The notes below the pieces were generated by a model. The model saw only the letters and a list, made by a program, of their open reading frames with translations. It was not told the origin of the DNA and did no database searches. A program made the position numbers and the translations under genes. From an uncultured Woeseia sp. (GTDB lineage Bacteria > Pseudomonadota > Gammaproteobacteria > Steroidobacterales > Woeseiaceae), in the NCBI GenBank assembly GCA_964633055.1, contig CAZWEW010000001.1, forward strand, positions 1-61,413: 61,413 nucleotides of DNA, written 5' to 3'. Below, in pieces: positions 9,569-18,562 of this stretch (its first letter is position 1; the number at the start of each line of letters is the position of its first letter).

Positions 9569-9583
9569 TCGAGTTCCTTCTTG

Positions 9584-10669
9584 TTATTCGCCGTTGATCG
9601 GCGACTCTACGGCATAGTCGTCGCCATAGAATTTGGCGGTGCTTCGGGTGTGAAAGGTGATCGCCTTGATTGGCTCGTATTTCGGTGCCCCGAGGCCGGG
9701 CAGAACGTCGAGAATCTCATTTTCACAGACATAGACGGCGATCGGAAACGAAATGCGTGCCGTGTCCCGATGGGAGCCGTCCTCTGGTTTGCCGACGCGA
9801 TGAGTGGTCGAAGGCAGGCGATCATTCGTGATCCGTTGCATGTAATCACCCGTGTTGATGATCAGCGAGCCTTCCGGCGGATCGAGTCTTACCCATTTCT
9901 CGCTCATGAAATTCCAAACTTGCAGTCCGCCGACCTTGGGGGCTGGAAGAATAGTAAACAGGTCAACGTCTTCGTGGCCCAGCAATCGTCCTGCACCGCT
10001 CGCATCCTCGGTTGCGTCGAGTGGCGGGAAATAGTTCAGGCGCAGTCCGAAATTCGTATTCGTGAGCTTGTCATCATAGATGTGCGGGTCGACGCCGAGC
10101 CCCTGGAACATTGCCTGGGCGACAGGCTTGAACAGACTCTCGTGTGCCTGTGCGAGTTTTCGGAACACTGCCTCGTACTTCATGTCCGGCCAGAATTCCT
10201 TAAGACGTAATGGCACACGCCTCTCCTGTGGCATATCGAATGCCCGCCGACACCATACCCAGCCCTCGACGAGGTCCGGATGAATATCACTGGTTTCCCT
10301 GATTGGAAAGTAGCCCTGACTCACAGAGCCTGCCCGCCTGGCGCGAAAGCGCATCTTCTCTTCGAGTGGAGTGGTGGCGAAGAGTTCTTCGGTGTGTTCG
10401 CCGATTTTCTCGTAGAGTGTCGTATCGATGCCGTGATTGGTGAGGACGGAGAAACCAATCTCTTGCACGGCGTCGCTAAATTCGTCGGCAAACGACTGGC
10501 GGTCATCGGCGTTGCCGTGAAGGAAGCGTCCGAAATCGAATGTCCGGATCTCGTAGTCATCATCGAACGTATCCGTATCGGTTTCGGCGAGCCGATAGGT
10601 ATGACCCTTCTCTACCTGGTCGTAGCGAATAAAGTCCTGGTTGACAGCCTGAAGGTCTGGATTAGTCAT
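9584..10669 (-). CDS. 2-oxoglutarate/Fe(II)-dependent oxygenase (isopenicillin-N-synthase-like family)
   Basis: Trimmed to ATG 10669 (MTNPDLQ...), giving 361 aa. The HxD...H facial triad context is present (LLGHEDVDLFTIL ... STTHRV), as is RISFP (the 2OG-binding R-x-S). Confidence 0.8.
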   Translation of the reverse strand: MTNPDLQAVNQDFIRYDQVEKGHTYRLAETDTDTFDDDYEIRTFDFGRFLHGNADDRQSFADEFSDAVQEIGFSVLTNHGIDTTLYEKIGEHTEELFATTPLEEKMRFRARRAGSVSQGYFPIRETSDIHPDLVEGWVWCRRAFDMPQERRVPLRLKEFWPDMKYEAVFRKLAQAHESLFKPVAQAMFQGLGVDPHIYDDKLTNTNFGLRLNYFPPLDATEDASGAGRLLGHEDVDLFTILPAPKVGGLQVWNFMSEKWVRLDPPEGSLIINTGDYMQRITNDRLPSTTHRVGKPEDGSHRDTARISFPIAVYVCENEILDVLPGLGAPKYEPIKAITFHTRSTAKFYGDDYAVESPINGE

Positions 10670-11039
10670 GCGTCGTTCCGGATTTCTACCCGCACAAGTG
10701 TTAACCGCGGTTGTTCCACCCAAGCGTATCAGAACAATGGAATCCGGACCTCAGTCCATATGTGCAGGATGAATGCGATGAGCGAAGGTCCGCGGGCCCC
10801 ATTAAACTCTTGGGCATGGGGCCGGCTTCGCTGCCTGCGGGAGGAAACCGCGGTGGCCGTCATCAAAATTGCAAGATTCTTGTTCATCATGTCCACCTCA
10901 GGAATGGGCCATCTGGTTCATTTCGGGCACCGTGCAGGACGAGTTTCATCAGGGAAAACCACAGTGGTCGCGTATTTACCGCAGTCCCTGCTATTCTTGT
11001 GCGCGAAAATTTGCATCAGAACCAGAGAGGGAAAATCCA

Positions 11040-11489
11040 ATGCAACGCAAGCTTATCGCCGCATTCGCGGCACTCACGGCCACCTTTTCGTTTACCGCTG
11101 TTGCGGACACTTCGTCGGAAGACGCGCTCGATTACCGCAAGGCGGTCATGACAGCGTTGCGAGGGCATATTGGCGCCTCGTCGATGATTGCCCGGGGGCT
11201 TATCGAAGATGACGGCCACTTGTTGGGTCATGCGCAGGGTCTTGCATCCGGTGCGGCAGAACTCGGGCGCATTTTTCAGGAAGGATCCAATGTGGGCGAA
11301 TCCGAAGCTTTGCCTGCCATCTGGGAAGACGCAGAGGGATTTGCGGAGGCTGTCGCGGACATACAGACAGCGGCTGACGCGTTTGTCGAAGCGGCGGAAA
11401 CCGGTGATGCAGCGGCTATCGGTGCGGCCTTCCGCAACGTTGGCATGGGTTGCCGCGGTTGCCATGACAAATATCGCCAGCAAGACTAG
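11040..11489 (+). CDS. Class II c-type cytochrome (cytochrome c' / c-556 type)
   Basis: Trimmed to ATG 11040, giving 149 aa. It has a signal peptide (LIAAFAALTATFSFTAVA) and a single CxxCH at the extreme C-terminus (CRGCHDKY), as in four-helix-bundle class II cytochromes. Confidence 0.75.
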   Translation: MQRKLIAAFAALTATFSFTAVADTSSEDALDYRKAVMTALRGHIGASSMIARGLIEDDGHLLGHAQGLASGAAELGRIFQEGSNVGESEALPAIWEDAEGFAEAVADIQTAADAFVEAAETGDAAAIGAAFRNVGMGCRGCHDKYRQQD

Positions 11490-12345
11490 CGTCACAATAC
11501 TGATAGGGGCTGCTGCTTTGCTGGCGGCCCCGGTTTTATTGGGGCAAGAGGATCTCGTTGCACGTGGTGAATACCTTGCTTACGCGGGAGGCTGTATCAG
11601 CTGCCACACGGAGGATATCGACCACGCCGTGCCGCTTGCGGGGGGCAGGGCAATGGAGACGCCTTTTGGCACGTTCTACTCCCCGAACATCACGCCTGAC
11701 GAAGATACCGGCATCGGAGGTTGGTCCGATGACGAGTTCGTGAACGCTTTCTGGGAAGGCGTAAGCCCTCAAGGTGAACACTACTTTCCATCATTCCCGT
11801 ACACCGCTTATACAGGAGTGTCTCGGGATGATTTGCTTGCGATCAAGGCGTATCTCTTTAGCCTTGATCCCGTGGACAATGCCAGCTCGGATCACAATTT
11901 GGTCTGGTACATGGACACCCGCTTGGCCGCGGGAGCCTGGAAGGCCCTCAACTTCGAGCCTGTGCGATTCGAGCCGGATTCTCTTAAAGATGGGCAATGG
12001 AATCGCGGCGCATACCTCGTACGACACCTCGGACATTGCGGCGAATGTCACACCCCGAGGGGTGTGACGGGTGTATTGCGGGATGACGAAGAGTTTGCCG
12101 GCAGCGAATTCGGTGGCGAGAAGGTCCCCAACATATCGACGCATCGTATTGACGGCATCGGACGCTGGTCGGGGAGCGATATCGAATACTTTCTTGAGAT
12201 AGGCATGCTGCCGGATGGTGATTTCACGGGGAGTTCGATGGTCGATGTCATCGAGAACAATACCGGTAAACTCACAAGGGAAGACCGATTGGCGATTGCT
12301 GCCTATCTGAAATCGGTTGAGCCGGTTGAGAACACCTTTCAGTAA
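11464..12345 (+). CDS. Dihaem c-type cytochrome (dehydrogenase-associated cytochrome c subunit-like)
   Basis: 293 aa from ATG 11464. It has an N-terminal hydrophobic anchor or signal and two haem motifs (CISCHT and CGECHTP). The start overlaps the upstream stop by 26 nt. Confidence 0.8.
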   Translation: MTNIASKTSVTILIGAAALLAAPVLLGQEDLVARGEYLAYAGGCISCHTEDIDHAVPLAGGRAMETPFGTFYSPNITPDEDTGIGGWSDDEFVNAFWEGVSPQGEHYFPSFPYTAYTGVSRDDLLAIKAYLFSLDPVDNASSDHNLVWYMDTRLAAGAWKALNFEPVRFEPDSLKDGQWNRGAYLVRHLGHCGECHTPRGVTGVLRDDEEFAGSEFGGEKVPNISTHRIDGIGRWSGSDIEYFLEIGMLPDGDFTGSSMVDVIENNTGKLTREDRLAIAAYLKSVEPVENTFQ

Positions 12346-12370
12346 ACGTAGAAATTAGGAGGTTTCTGTC

Positions 12371-13081
12371 TTGTTACGGAAAACAGTGCAGGCGATTTCA
12401 TTTCTCTTATTCACATCTGTCGTGTTTGCCCAAGAAGAAAAGGACGCCTGGGCAGGTACCATATCGCTCGGTTACCTGAGTACGTCCGGGAACACGGACA
12501 CCACAAGCTACAGCACCAAGTTCGAGTTCGGCTACACAAAAAACGATTGGGAGCACAGCATAGACGGCGGGACCGCAGGTGCGGAAGACAGGGGGGCGAC
12601 GACTGCAGAGAACTACAAACTGGGCTGGCATTCCGCGCGCAGCTTTACCGAGCATGATTTCTTGTTTGGCACCGTGGATTGGCGTAAGGACCGTTTCGGG
12701 GGCGTAACGGAACAAGTGAGCTATGCGTTCAACTATGGCCGGCGATTCATCGATACGCCAGAACATCAACTGGACCTTGGTATTGGGGCCGGTTACCGTG
12801 ATTGGGATCGGTCGGACGGAAAAAGTAATGCGGGCGCGATCGGACGCGGCAGCATGGCCTACAACTGGTATTGGTCCGAGTTTTCGGACTTCATGCAGGA
12901 ATTGACGATCGAGTCCGGCAGTGGCAACACCTACATCGAATCGGTTAGCGCTTTACGCTCACAGCTGATTGGTGGTTTCAATCTCGTTTTGTCTTACACG
13001 ATCCAGCAGAACAGCAGCGTGCCGGCCGGCGCCGACAAGACGGATATAGCTACGGCCGTTTCAATCGAATACGGCTTTTGA
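12371..13081 (+). CDS. Outer-membrane beta-barrel protein, DUF481 (YdiY-like)
   Basis: 236 aa. It starts at TTG, preceded by AGGAGG. It has a signal peptide (FLLFTSVVFAQ), a G(Y)LSTSGNTDT start and alternating beta-strand pattern, and ends in an aromatic residue (YGF). Confidence 0.75.
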   Translation: MLRKTVQAISFLLFTSVVFAQEEKDAWAGTISLGYLSTSGNTDTTSYSTKFEFGYTKNDWEHSIDGGTAGAEDRGATTAENYKLGWHSARSFTEHDFLFGTVDWRKDRFGGVTEQVSYAFNYGRRFIDTPEHQLDLGIGAGYRDWDRSDGKSNAGAIGRGSMAYNWYWSEFSDFMQELTIESGSGNTYIESVSALRSQLIGGFNLVLSYTIQQNSSVPAGADKTDIATAVSIEYGF

Positions 13082-13085
13082 TCGT

Positions 13086-14798
13086 TCAATAGGCCACGGC
13101 GCCGCCGTCTTCAGCGCGCGGGTCGGCGCTGCCGGACAGGACGCCGGTATCCGGGTCACGGTAGACGCCCATCGCCGATCCAATCTGCCCGGACTCGCTG
13201 ATGGTATGTCCGCGCCGTTCGTATAGTCGCAGTGTATCGGCGGAGAAAGCGCCTGATTCCATCCGGGTTGAGTCTGGCAACCACTGGTGATGAATACGCG
13301 GCGCGTCAATCGCGCGTGCGATGTTCATGTCGAAATCGATCACGTTCAGGATCGTCTGCATGGTCGTATTGATGATGGTCCTGCCGCCGGGTGTGCCGGT
13401 GGCGAACAGCGGGACGCGGTCCTTTGCCACAATGGTCGGCGTCATGCTGGATAACATTCTCTGCTGCGGCCGGATCTGGTTCGGTTCCGTGCCGATCGTG
13501 CCTTGATCATCGGTCACGCCGGGTTGCGCGTTGAAGTCACCCATCTCGTTGTTCAGGAGGAAGCCGGCACCCTCGACGACCATCTTGCTCCCGTAGCCGT
13601 GCTCCAGTGTATAGGTAAGCGACACCATGTTGCCGTCCTTGTCGACGACCGAGAAGTGCGTTGTCTCCGGGCTTTCGTAGACTTGGGCAAACCGCGCCGG
13701 GTCACTTTCCGACTTGGTATGCATCATGATCGACTGGCGCTGCAGCTTCGCATGTTCCTTCGATGTCAGCCGGGCAATGGGCAGGTCCTCGTTGAAATCC
13801 TGATCGCCCAGGTAGTTGGCCCGATCCGCATATGCACGGCGCATCGATTCCGTCAGTAGGTGCAGGTAAAGTGCCGAGTTGTGCCCGATTGCCCGGAGGT
13901 CAAAGCCCTCCAGTATGTTGAGCATCTGAACGAGTACTGTGCCACCTGAACTCGGCGGCGGCATGCTGACGATTTCGTAGCCGCGGTAGGTACCCCGTAT
14001 TGGCTCACGTTCTTTCGCCTCATAGAGATCGAGATCTTCGAGCGTAATGATCCCGCCGTTTGCCGCCATGAAATCGGCGATCAGTTGCGCGGTCACACCC
14101 TTGTAAAAGCCATCTTTGCCGTTTGCCTGGATGCGGTTCAGCGTTGCCGCAAGGTCCGGTTGCTTCCAGGTATCGCCGGGCTGATAGAAGGATCCGTCCG
14201 CCTTTAGGAAAACACTGGCCGAACTCGGATATTGTTGCCACCATGCATTGAGGCTTTCTAACGAATCATGCAGATGCCAGCTGATAGGCATGCCGTTATG
14301 CGCGAGGTCGATGGCCGGTTGCAGCAATTCTTCCCATGGCATCGAGCCAAAACGTTGATGTGCAAGCTCCAAGCCGGCTACCGTGCCGGGTACGCCAACT
14401 GCGAGGATGCCGTCGTGATTCGAGTTGTCAAACACATTGCCGTCTTCGTCTAGGTACATCGTCTTCGTGGATGCAAGCGGGGCCTTTTCCCGGAAGTCGA
14501 AGGCCGTCGTTTCGCCGTTGGCGCCGTGATAGACGAGGAATCCACCACCACCGATATTGCCGGCGGTGGGCCAGGTCACGGCCATCGCAAACGCGGTCGC
14601 GACCGCTGCATCGATCGCGTTCCCACCCTTCTTCATAATATCCACGCCAACCTCTGACGCGATTCTCGAGGATGACGAAACCACACCGTTCAAACCTCGA
14701 ACCGGATGGCGGCTGGTCGCGGCGTCCGCGATAGGGCCGAGCAGCAATATTGTGGTGACAAACGCGACAATGAAACTACGTAAATGAAGCTGTCTCAC
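13086..14798 (-). CDS. ggt: Gamma-glutamyltranspeptidase
   Basis: 570 aa with a signal peptide. The autoprocessing/catalytic Thr context is TTHFSVVDKDGNMVS, and the GGGGFL and PPSSGG motifs are present. Confidence 0.9.
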   Translation of the reverse strand: MRQLHLRSFIVAFVTTILLLGPIADAATSRHPVRGLNGVVSSSSRIASEVGVDIMKKGGNAIDAAVATAFAMAVTWPTAGNIGGGGFLVYHGANGETTAFDFREKAPLASTKTMYLDEDGNVFDNSNHDGILAVGVPGTVAGLELAHQRFGSMPWEELLQPAIDLAHNGMPISWHLHDSLESLNAWWQQYPSSASVFLKADGSFYQPGDTWKQPDLAATLNRIQANGKDGFYKGVTAQLIADFMAANGGIITLEDLDLYEAKEREPIRGTYRGYEIVSMPPPSSGGTVLVQMLNILEGFDLRAIGHNSALYLHLLTESMRRAYADRANYLGDQDFNEDLPIARLTSKEHAKLQRQSIMMHTKSESDPARFAQVYESPETTHFSVVDKDGNMVSLTYTLEHGYGSKMVVEGAGFLLNNEMGDFNAQPGVTDDQGTIGTEPNQIRPQQRMLSSMTPTIVAKDRVPLFATGTPGGRTIINTTMQTILNVIDFDMNIARAIDAPRIHHQWLPDSTRMESGAFSADTLRLYERRGHTISESGQIGSAMGVYRDPDTGVLSGSADPRAEDGGAVAY

Positions 14799-14987
14799 GC
14801 TTTAATGTCCTGACATGACGCGAATACTCTAAATTGAGGCGCGGATTCTATACGATTTGGGTAAGGCAGGCTTCATGGTGGTACAGAATCAAGAGCAATG
14901 GCCGATGGTAGCGATGAGAGATGATTGTCTTTGCGGAAATCGTTGTGAATAAACGACATGTACGGGCGTACCGTGAGTCAATATCCG

Positions 14988-15016
14988 TTGACAATTAATG
15001 TTAAACTGTCTATCAA
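14988..15016 (+). promoter_or_regulatory. Candidate sigma70-type promoter of the TonB-dependent receptor gene
   Basis: TTGACA (14988-14993), a 17-nt spacer, then TATCAA (15011-15016). It sits inside the only strongly AT-rich stretch of the window and implies a leader of about 110 nt. Confidence 0.4.
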
Positions 15017-15134
15017 TACGTCACATAATTAAGTTAGTGAGCGCTCGACTGATAAACGCTGATTGTGGCTTTAGGCCAACAACGGACGGCATGTCGATAG
15101 GTGCTTTGTTGTCTTTCATCTAGAGGGAATTGCG

Positions 15135-18100
15135 ATGCTTAATGCACTTGATAAAGAGTGTATGACGAAGGTATCTGGGTTTGGCACGATTGCGACGCTG
15201 GTATTTAGTCTCACCTCCGGGTCTGTCATGGCTCAGGAACAACAGATCGAAGAAATCACCGTGACTGGATCGCGCATTGCCCGTGATCCGAACCTGTCGG
15301 GGGCATTGCCTGTTCAATCAATCGACGAGCAGGAAATCCAGATGTCGGGAGAATTTTCCATTGCGGACGTCGTTAATGACGTGCCGGCGCTGTTGGGATC
15401 AACTACGTCTGAAAGCTCAATTGACTCGGGGTTCAGTGACGGTGCCAACGTCCTAAGTTTGCGCGGTCTCGGTTCGAGCCGGACACTTACGTTGGTCGAT
15501 GGTCGTCGTCATGTCGGTGGTGTTCAGGGTTCATCGTCTGTCGATATTGGCTCGATTCCGATGCGACTGGTTGAACGGGTTGAAGTACTGACCGGTGGCG
15601 CATCCGCTATTTACGGCGCCGATGCAGTAACCGGCGTAGTCAACTTCATCATGAAGGACGACTTCGAGGGCTTCAACGTTGATGCGAGTTATGGCATGTC
15701 GCGAGAGGGCGATGGTGCGCAGACTGCGATCACGGCAACGTGGGGCACGAATTTCGCTAACGATCGGGGCAACATCGCGGTCTCGGTCGACTACCGCACC
15801 GATGCCGGCCTGACAATGGGTGATCGCCCCGGTGCTCTCTACGGTACCGGCGGTGACTGGGTGAACCCGGCGCTGAGATTCCAGCGGGGTGACATCGGAA
15901 GTGATACGCCGAACTTTGCGCAGTATTACAATTATGACAACACCGGCCTGATCCACTACGGCCTGCCGATTCCGGGAGCGGATGACTTCATTGCCGACTA
16001 TTCGGGTGCCTTCGGCGCTGCGCCGAGTCTGACGTCTGCGGAGCTGTCGCTGATCAACCAGGCCGCCAATGCGCCGCAGCGTGCTGTGCACGCGGAATCG
16101 ACATTCCCGTTTACATCGGGCTACGGTTATATCGCGCCGGGCAACGCAATGAACTGGGGAGGCTGGGATCCGGATGTGGCCATCGATATCAATGGTAACG
16201 GCACACCGGACTGCCAGGAGACCTTCCATGGTTACAACTCCGTGTTTGGCGCTGCGTCATTTGGTGCCATTGGTGGTTGCTGGTTCATCCAGCCCGACGG
16301 CTCTATTTCGGTGATAGAGGACGGTCTCGTCTCGTCGAATTTCCAGGGTTTTGGCGGCAGCTCCTACGACATCTACCGGCAGGACTACATGGATTTCTTG
16401 CTGCCAGACGACAAAGTTTCGGTCAACCTGATGGGTCACTTTGATATCTCGGACTCGGCAACGATTTTTGGTGAAGTCAAGTACGTCACGCAGGAAACGG
16501 ACACGAAGCTCGGTTCCAACTCGTTCTGGGACCTAATTCTGGGTGCGCCGGACAACCCGTATCTGCCTGAGCCGTTTGCGACACTCGCACAGGACACAGG
16601 TGGTATTTCGACTACGATTGATCCGCTATTTTTTGATTCGGTGCGGACGACAGAGCGTGAAACCGTGCGCGCCGTGCTGGGAATCGAGGGCGAGTTTGAC
16701 AACAGCTGGCGTTACGAAGTCAGTGCAAACTATGGTCGCTACGAGCAGAATAGTTTGCGCACCAATTCAGTAATCATCGATCGCTGGTTTGCAGCAACCG
16801 ATGCAGTGATCGATCCGGCCACCGGCCAGCCAGCTTGCCGTTCTTCGGTTGATCCAAGCGCACCGGCCATGAATACGCCATTTTCGATTCCGTCGAATGA
16901 AGCAGGCTACTGGTCTTTCACGCCGGGTGACGGACAGTGTGTACCACTGAATATCTGGGGTGGTCGCCAAGGAGTGAATCAGGACAGTAGAGATTTCGTG
17001 ACGACTGATGAATGGTCCAATCTGGTTATTGACCAGTTTGTTCTCTCGGCATTCATTACCGGTGATTCGAGCGACATATTCGAACTGCCGGCGGGACCGA
17101 TCGCATTCGCAGCGGGTGTTGAGTATCGTGACGAATCTTCGGATGCCACTTTCGACCCGTGGAAGCGCGGTGTTATCCCGGCGGGTGCACCGTTCCCGGC
17201 TGGTTCGATGGTCAGCGATCATTCGGGGAACGATTCGTTGACATTCCGACCGCAGCTGTCGACCAAGAATGAGTACGGTAGTTACGATGCGTCGGACGTC
17301 TATGTCGAATTTTCTATTCCGCTCCTCGTGGATGTGCCGCTGGCCGAGGAGTTGTCGCTGGATGTTGCTGCCCGCGCATCGAATTATTCTACGATCGGGG
17401 ATACGACCACCTGGAAGACCAACCTGGTCTGGGCGCCAACAGAGACTTTCGGTGTTCGCGGAACGTACTCCGAGGCTGTACGTGCGCCGAACATCACCGA
17501 GTTGTTCGGCCCGACGGTCGGCCTGAATTTCCGTCCTGATGATCCTTGCGATATTGCGCAAATCAACGCCATAGCGGAGGACAACCCGACGCTGGCAGCA
17601 CAGACGCAGTCCAATTGCGAACAGGTGTTTTCATCGATCGGTTTTGATCCGACGGGTGGAACCGGGGCGTATAATTTTGTCGACCCGCTGTCCGCTTCCT
17701 TCGGTGGATTGACAGGCGGTAACCCGAACCTGCAGGAAGAATCAGCTGAAACAATGACGGTGGGCTTCGTTTTCCAGCCCGAATTTATTGAGGGCCTGAG
17801 CCTGTCGGTCGACTACTGGGATATCACGATCGAAGACGCAATCGAGTCAGTGTCGTCGCAAAATATCGTCGATGGTTGCTATCAGGGGGCGGTCCTGAAT
17901 ACTGCGTTTTGTGCGTTATCGGAGCGTAATAACGATCCGAACTCTGCACAGTACGGTGGTTTTATATTCCTGCGGCAGACGACGTTGAACTACGCAAAGG
18001 TGGAAACCAGTGGTTACGATGCCGCATTAAAGTATGCATTCGAGCTTGGTGCACACGGCTTTGATTTCTCGATTCAGGCCACGAAGGTCGACGAGATCAA

Positions 18101-18476
18101 CGATTATGAGAACCCGCTTGACCCAGGGTTCGCGAATCCGGAGCTGATCGAGATTACCCGTCCTGAATTGGCCGGCAATATCTTCCTGAACTGGATGTGG
18201 GGCGACCTGCAGGTCGGCTGGCAGTCGCAGTATCTAGGCGAAATGCTGTACGGTGGCATTGAGATTGAAACTGCTGAGACGCTTTACGGCCGGGCAGTTT
18301 TCATGGAGGAATTCTGGCAGCATGACATCAGTGCCAGCTACTTGGTCAACGATCAGTTGGTGATTTACGGTGGTGTCAAGAACGTCACTGATGAGCAGCC
18401 GTTCCTTACGGAGAACGCTTTCCCGGCGAGCCCGCGTGGAACATTCTTCTTCCTCGGTCTCGACTGGTCGATGTAA
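15135..18476 (+). CDS. TonB-dependent outer-membrane receptor (large, 1113 aa)
   Basis: It has a signal peptide, then a plug region (EEITVTGSRIARD ... LRGLGSSRTLTLVDGRR ... ERVEVLTGGASAIYGADAVTGVVNFI), followed by a long beta-barrel. A GAGGG Shine-Dalgarno precedes ATG 15135; ATG 15162 is an alternative start. Confidence 0.9.
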   Translation: MLNALDKECMTKVSGFGTIATLVFSLTSGSVMAQEQQIEEITVTGSRIARDPNLSGALPVQSIDEQEIQMSGEFSIADVVNDVPALLGSTTSESSIDSGFSDGANVLSLRGLGSSRTLTLVDGRRHVGGVQGSSSVDIGSIPMRLVERVEVLTGGASAIYGADAVTGVVNFIMKDDFEGFNVDASYGMSREGDGAQTAITATWGTNFANDRGNIAVSVDYRTDAGLTMGDRPGALYGTGGDWVNPALRFQRGDIGSDTPNFAQYYNYDNTGLIHYGLPIPGADDFIADYSGAFGAAPSLTSAELSLINQAANAPQRAVHAESTFPFTSGYGYIAPGNAMNWGGWDPDVAIDINGNGTPDCQETFHGYNSVFGAASFGAIGGCWFIQPDGSISVIEDGLVSSNFQGFGGSSYDIYRQDYMDFLLPDDKVSVNLMGHFDISDSATIFGEVKYVTQETDTKLGSNSFWDLILGAPDNPYLPEPFATLAQDTGGISTTIDPLFFDSVRTTERETVRAVLGIEGEFDNSWRYEVSANYGRYEQNSLRTNSVIIDRWFAATDAVIDPATGQPACRSSVDPSAPAMNTPFSIPSNEAGYWSFTPGDGQCVPLNIWGGRQGVNQDSRDFVTTDEWSNLVIDQFVLSAFITGDSSDIFELPAGPIAFAAGVEYRDESSDATFDPWKRGVIPAGAPFPAGSMVSDHSGNDSLTFRPQLSTKNEYGSYDASDVYVEFSIPLLVDVPLAEELSLDVAARASNYSTIGDTTTWKTNLVWAPTETFGVRGTYSEAVRAPNITELFGPTVGLNFRPDDPCDIAQINAIAEDNPTLAAQTQSNCEQVFSSIGFDPTGGTGAYNFVDPLSASFGGLTGGNPNLQEESAETMTVGFVFQPEFIEGLSLSVDYWDITIEDAIESVSSQNIVDGCYQGAVLNTAFCALSERNNDPNSAQYGGFIFLRQTTLNYAKVETSGYDAALKYAFELGAHGFDFSIQATKVDEINDYENPLDPGFANPELIEITRPELAGNIFLNWMWGDLQVGWQSQYLGEMLYGGIEIETAETLYGRAVFMEEFWQHDISASYLVNDQLVIYGGVKNVTDEQPFLTENAFPASPRGTFFFLGLDWSM

Positions 18477-18496
18477 GAAACGACGTCATTTCGACC

Positions 18497-18528
18497 AAAA
18501 AAGGCCGGGGCTTGCCCCGGCCTTTTTT
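18497..18528. terminator. Bidirectional intrinsic terminator between convergent genes
   Basis: The sequence is AAAAAA-GGCCGGGG-cttg-CCCCGGCC-TTTTTT. This gives an 8-bp GC stem (18503-18510 / 18515-18522), a 4-nt loop, and flanking A and T tracts. Confidence 0.75.
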
Positions 18529-18562
18529 GTACAGCGATGTGCAAAAATTGGCGTTTGATTTC

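Noticed and set aside
15017-15134. Riboswitch (cobalamin, TPP or similar) in the leader of the TonB-dependent receptor
   Set aside because: The leader is only about 110 nt, and I could not find the conserved cores I know for these classes. It is kept only as a generic structured-leader observation.
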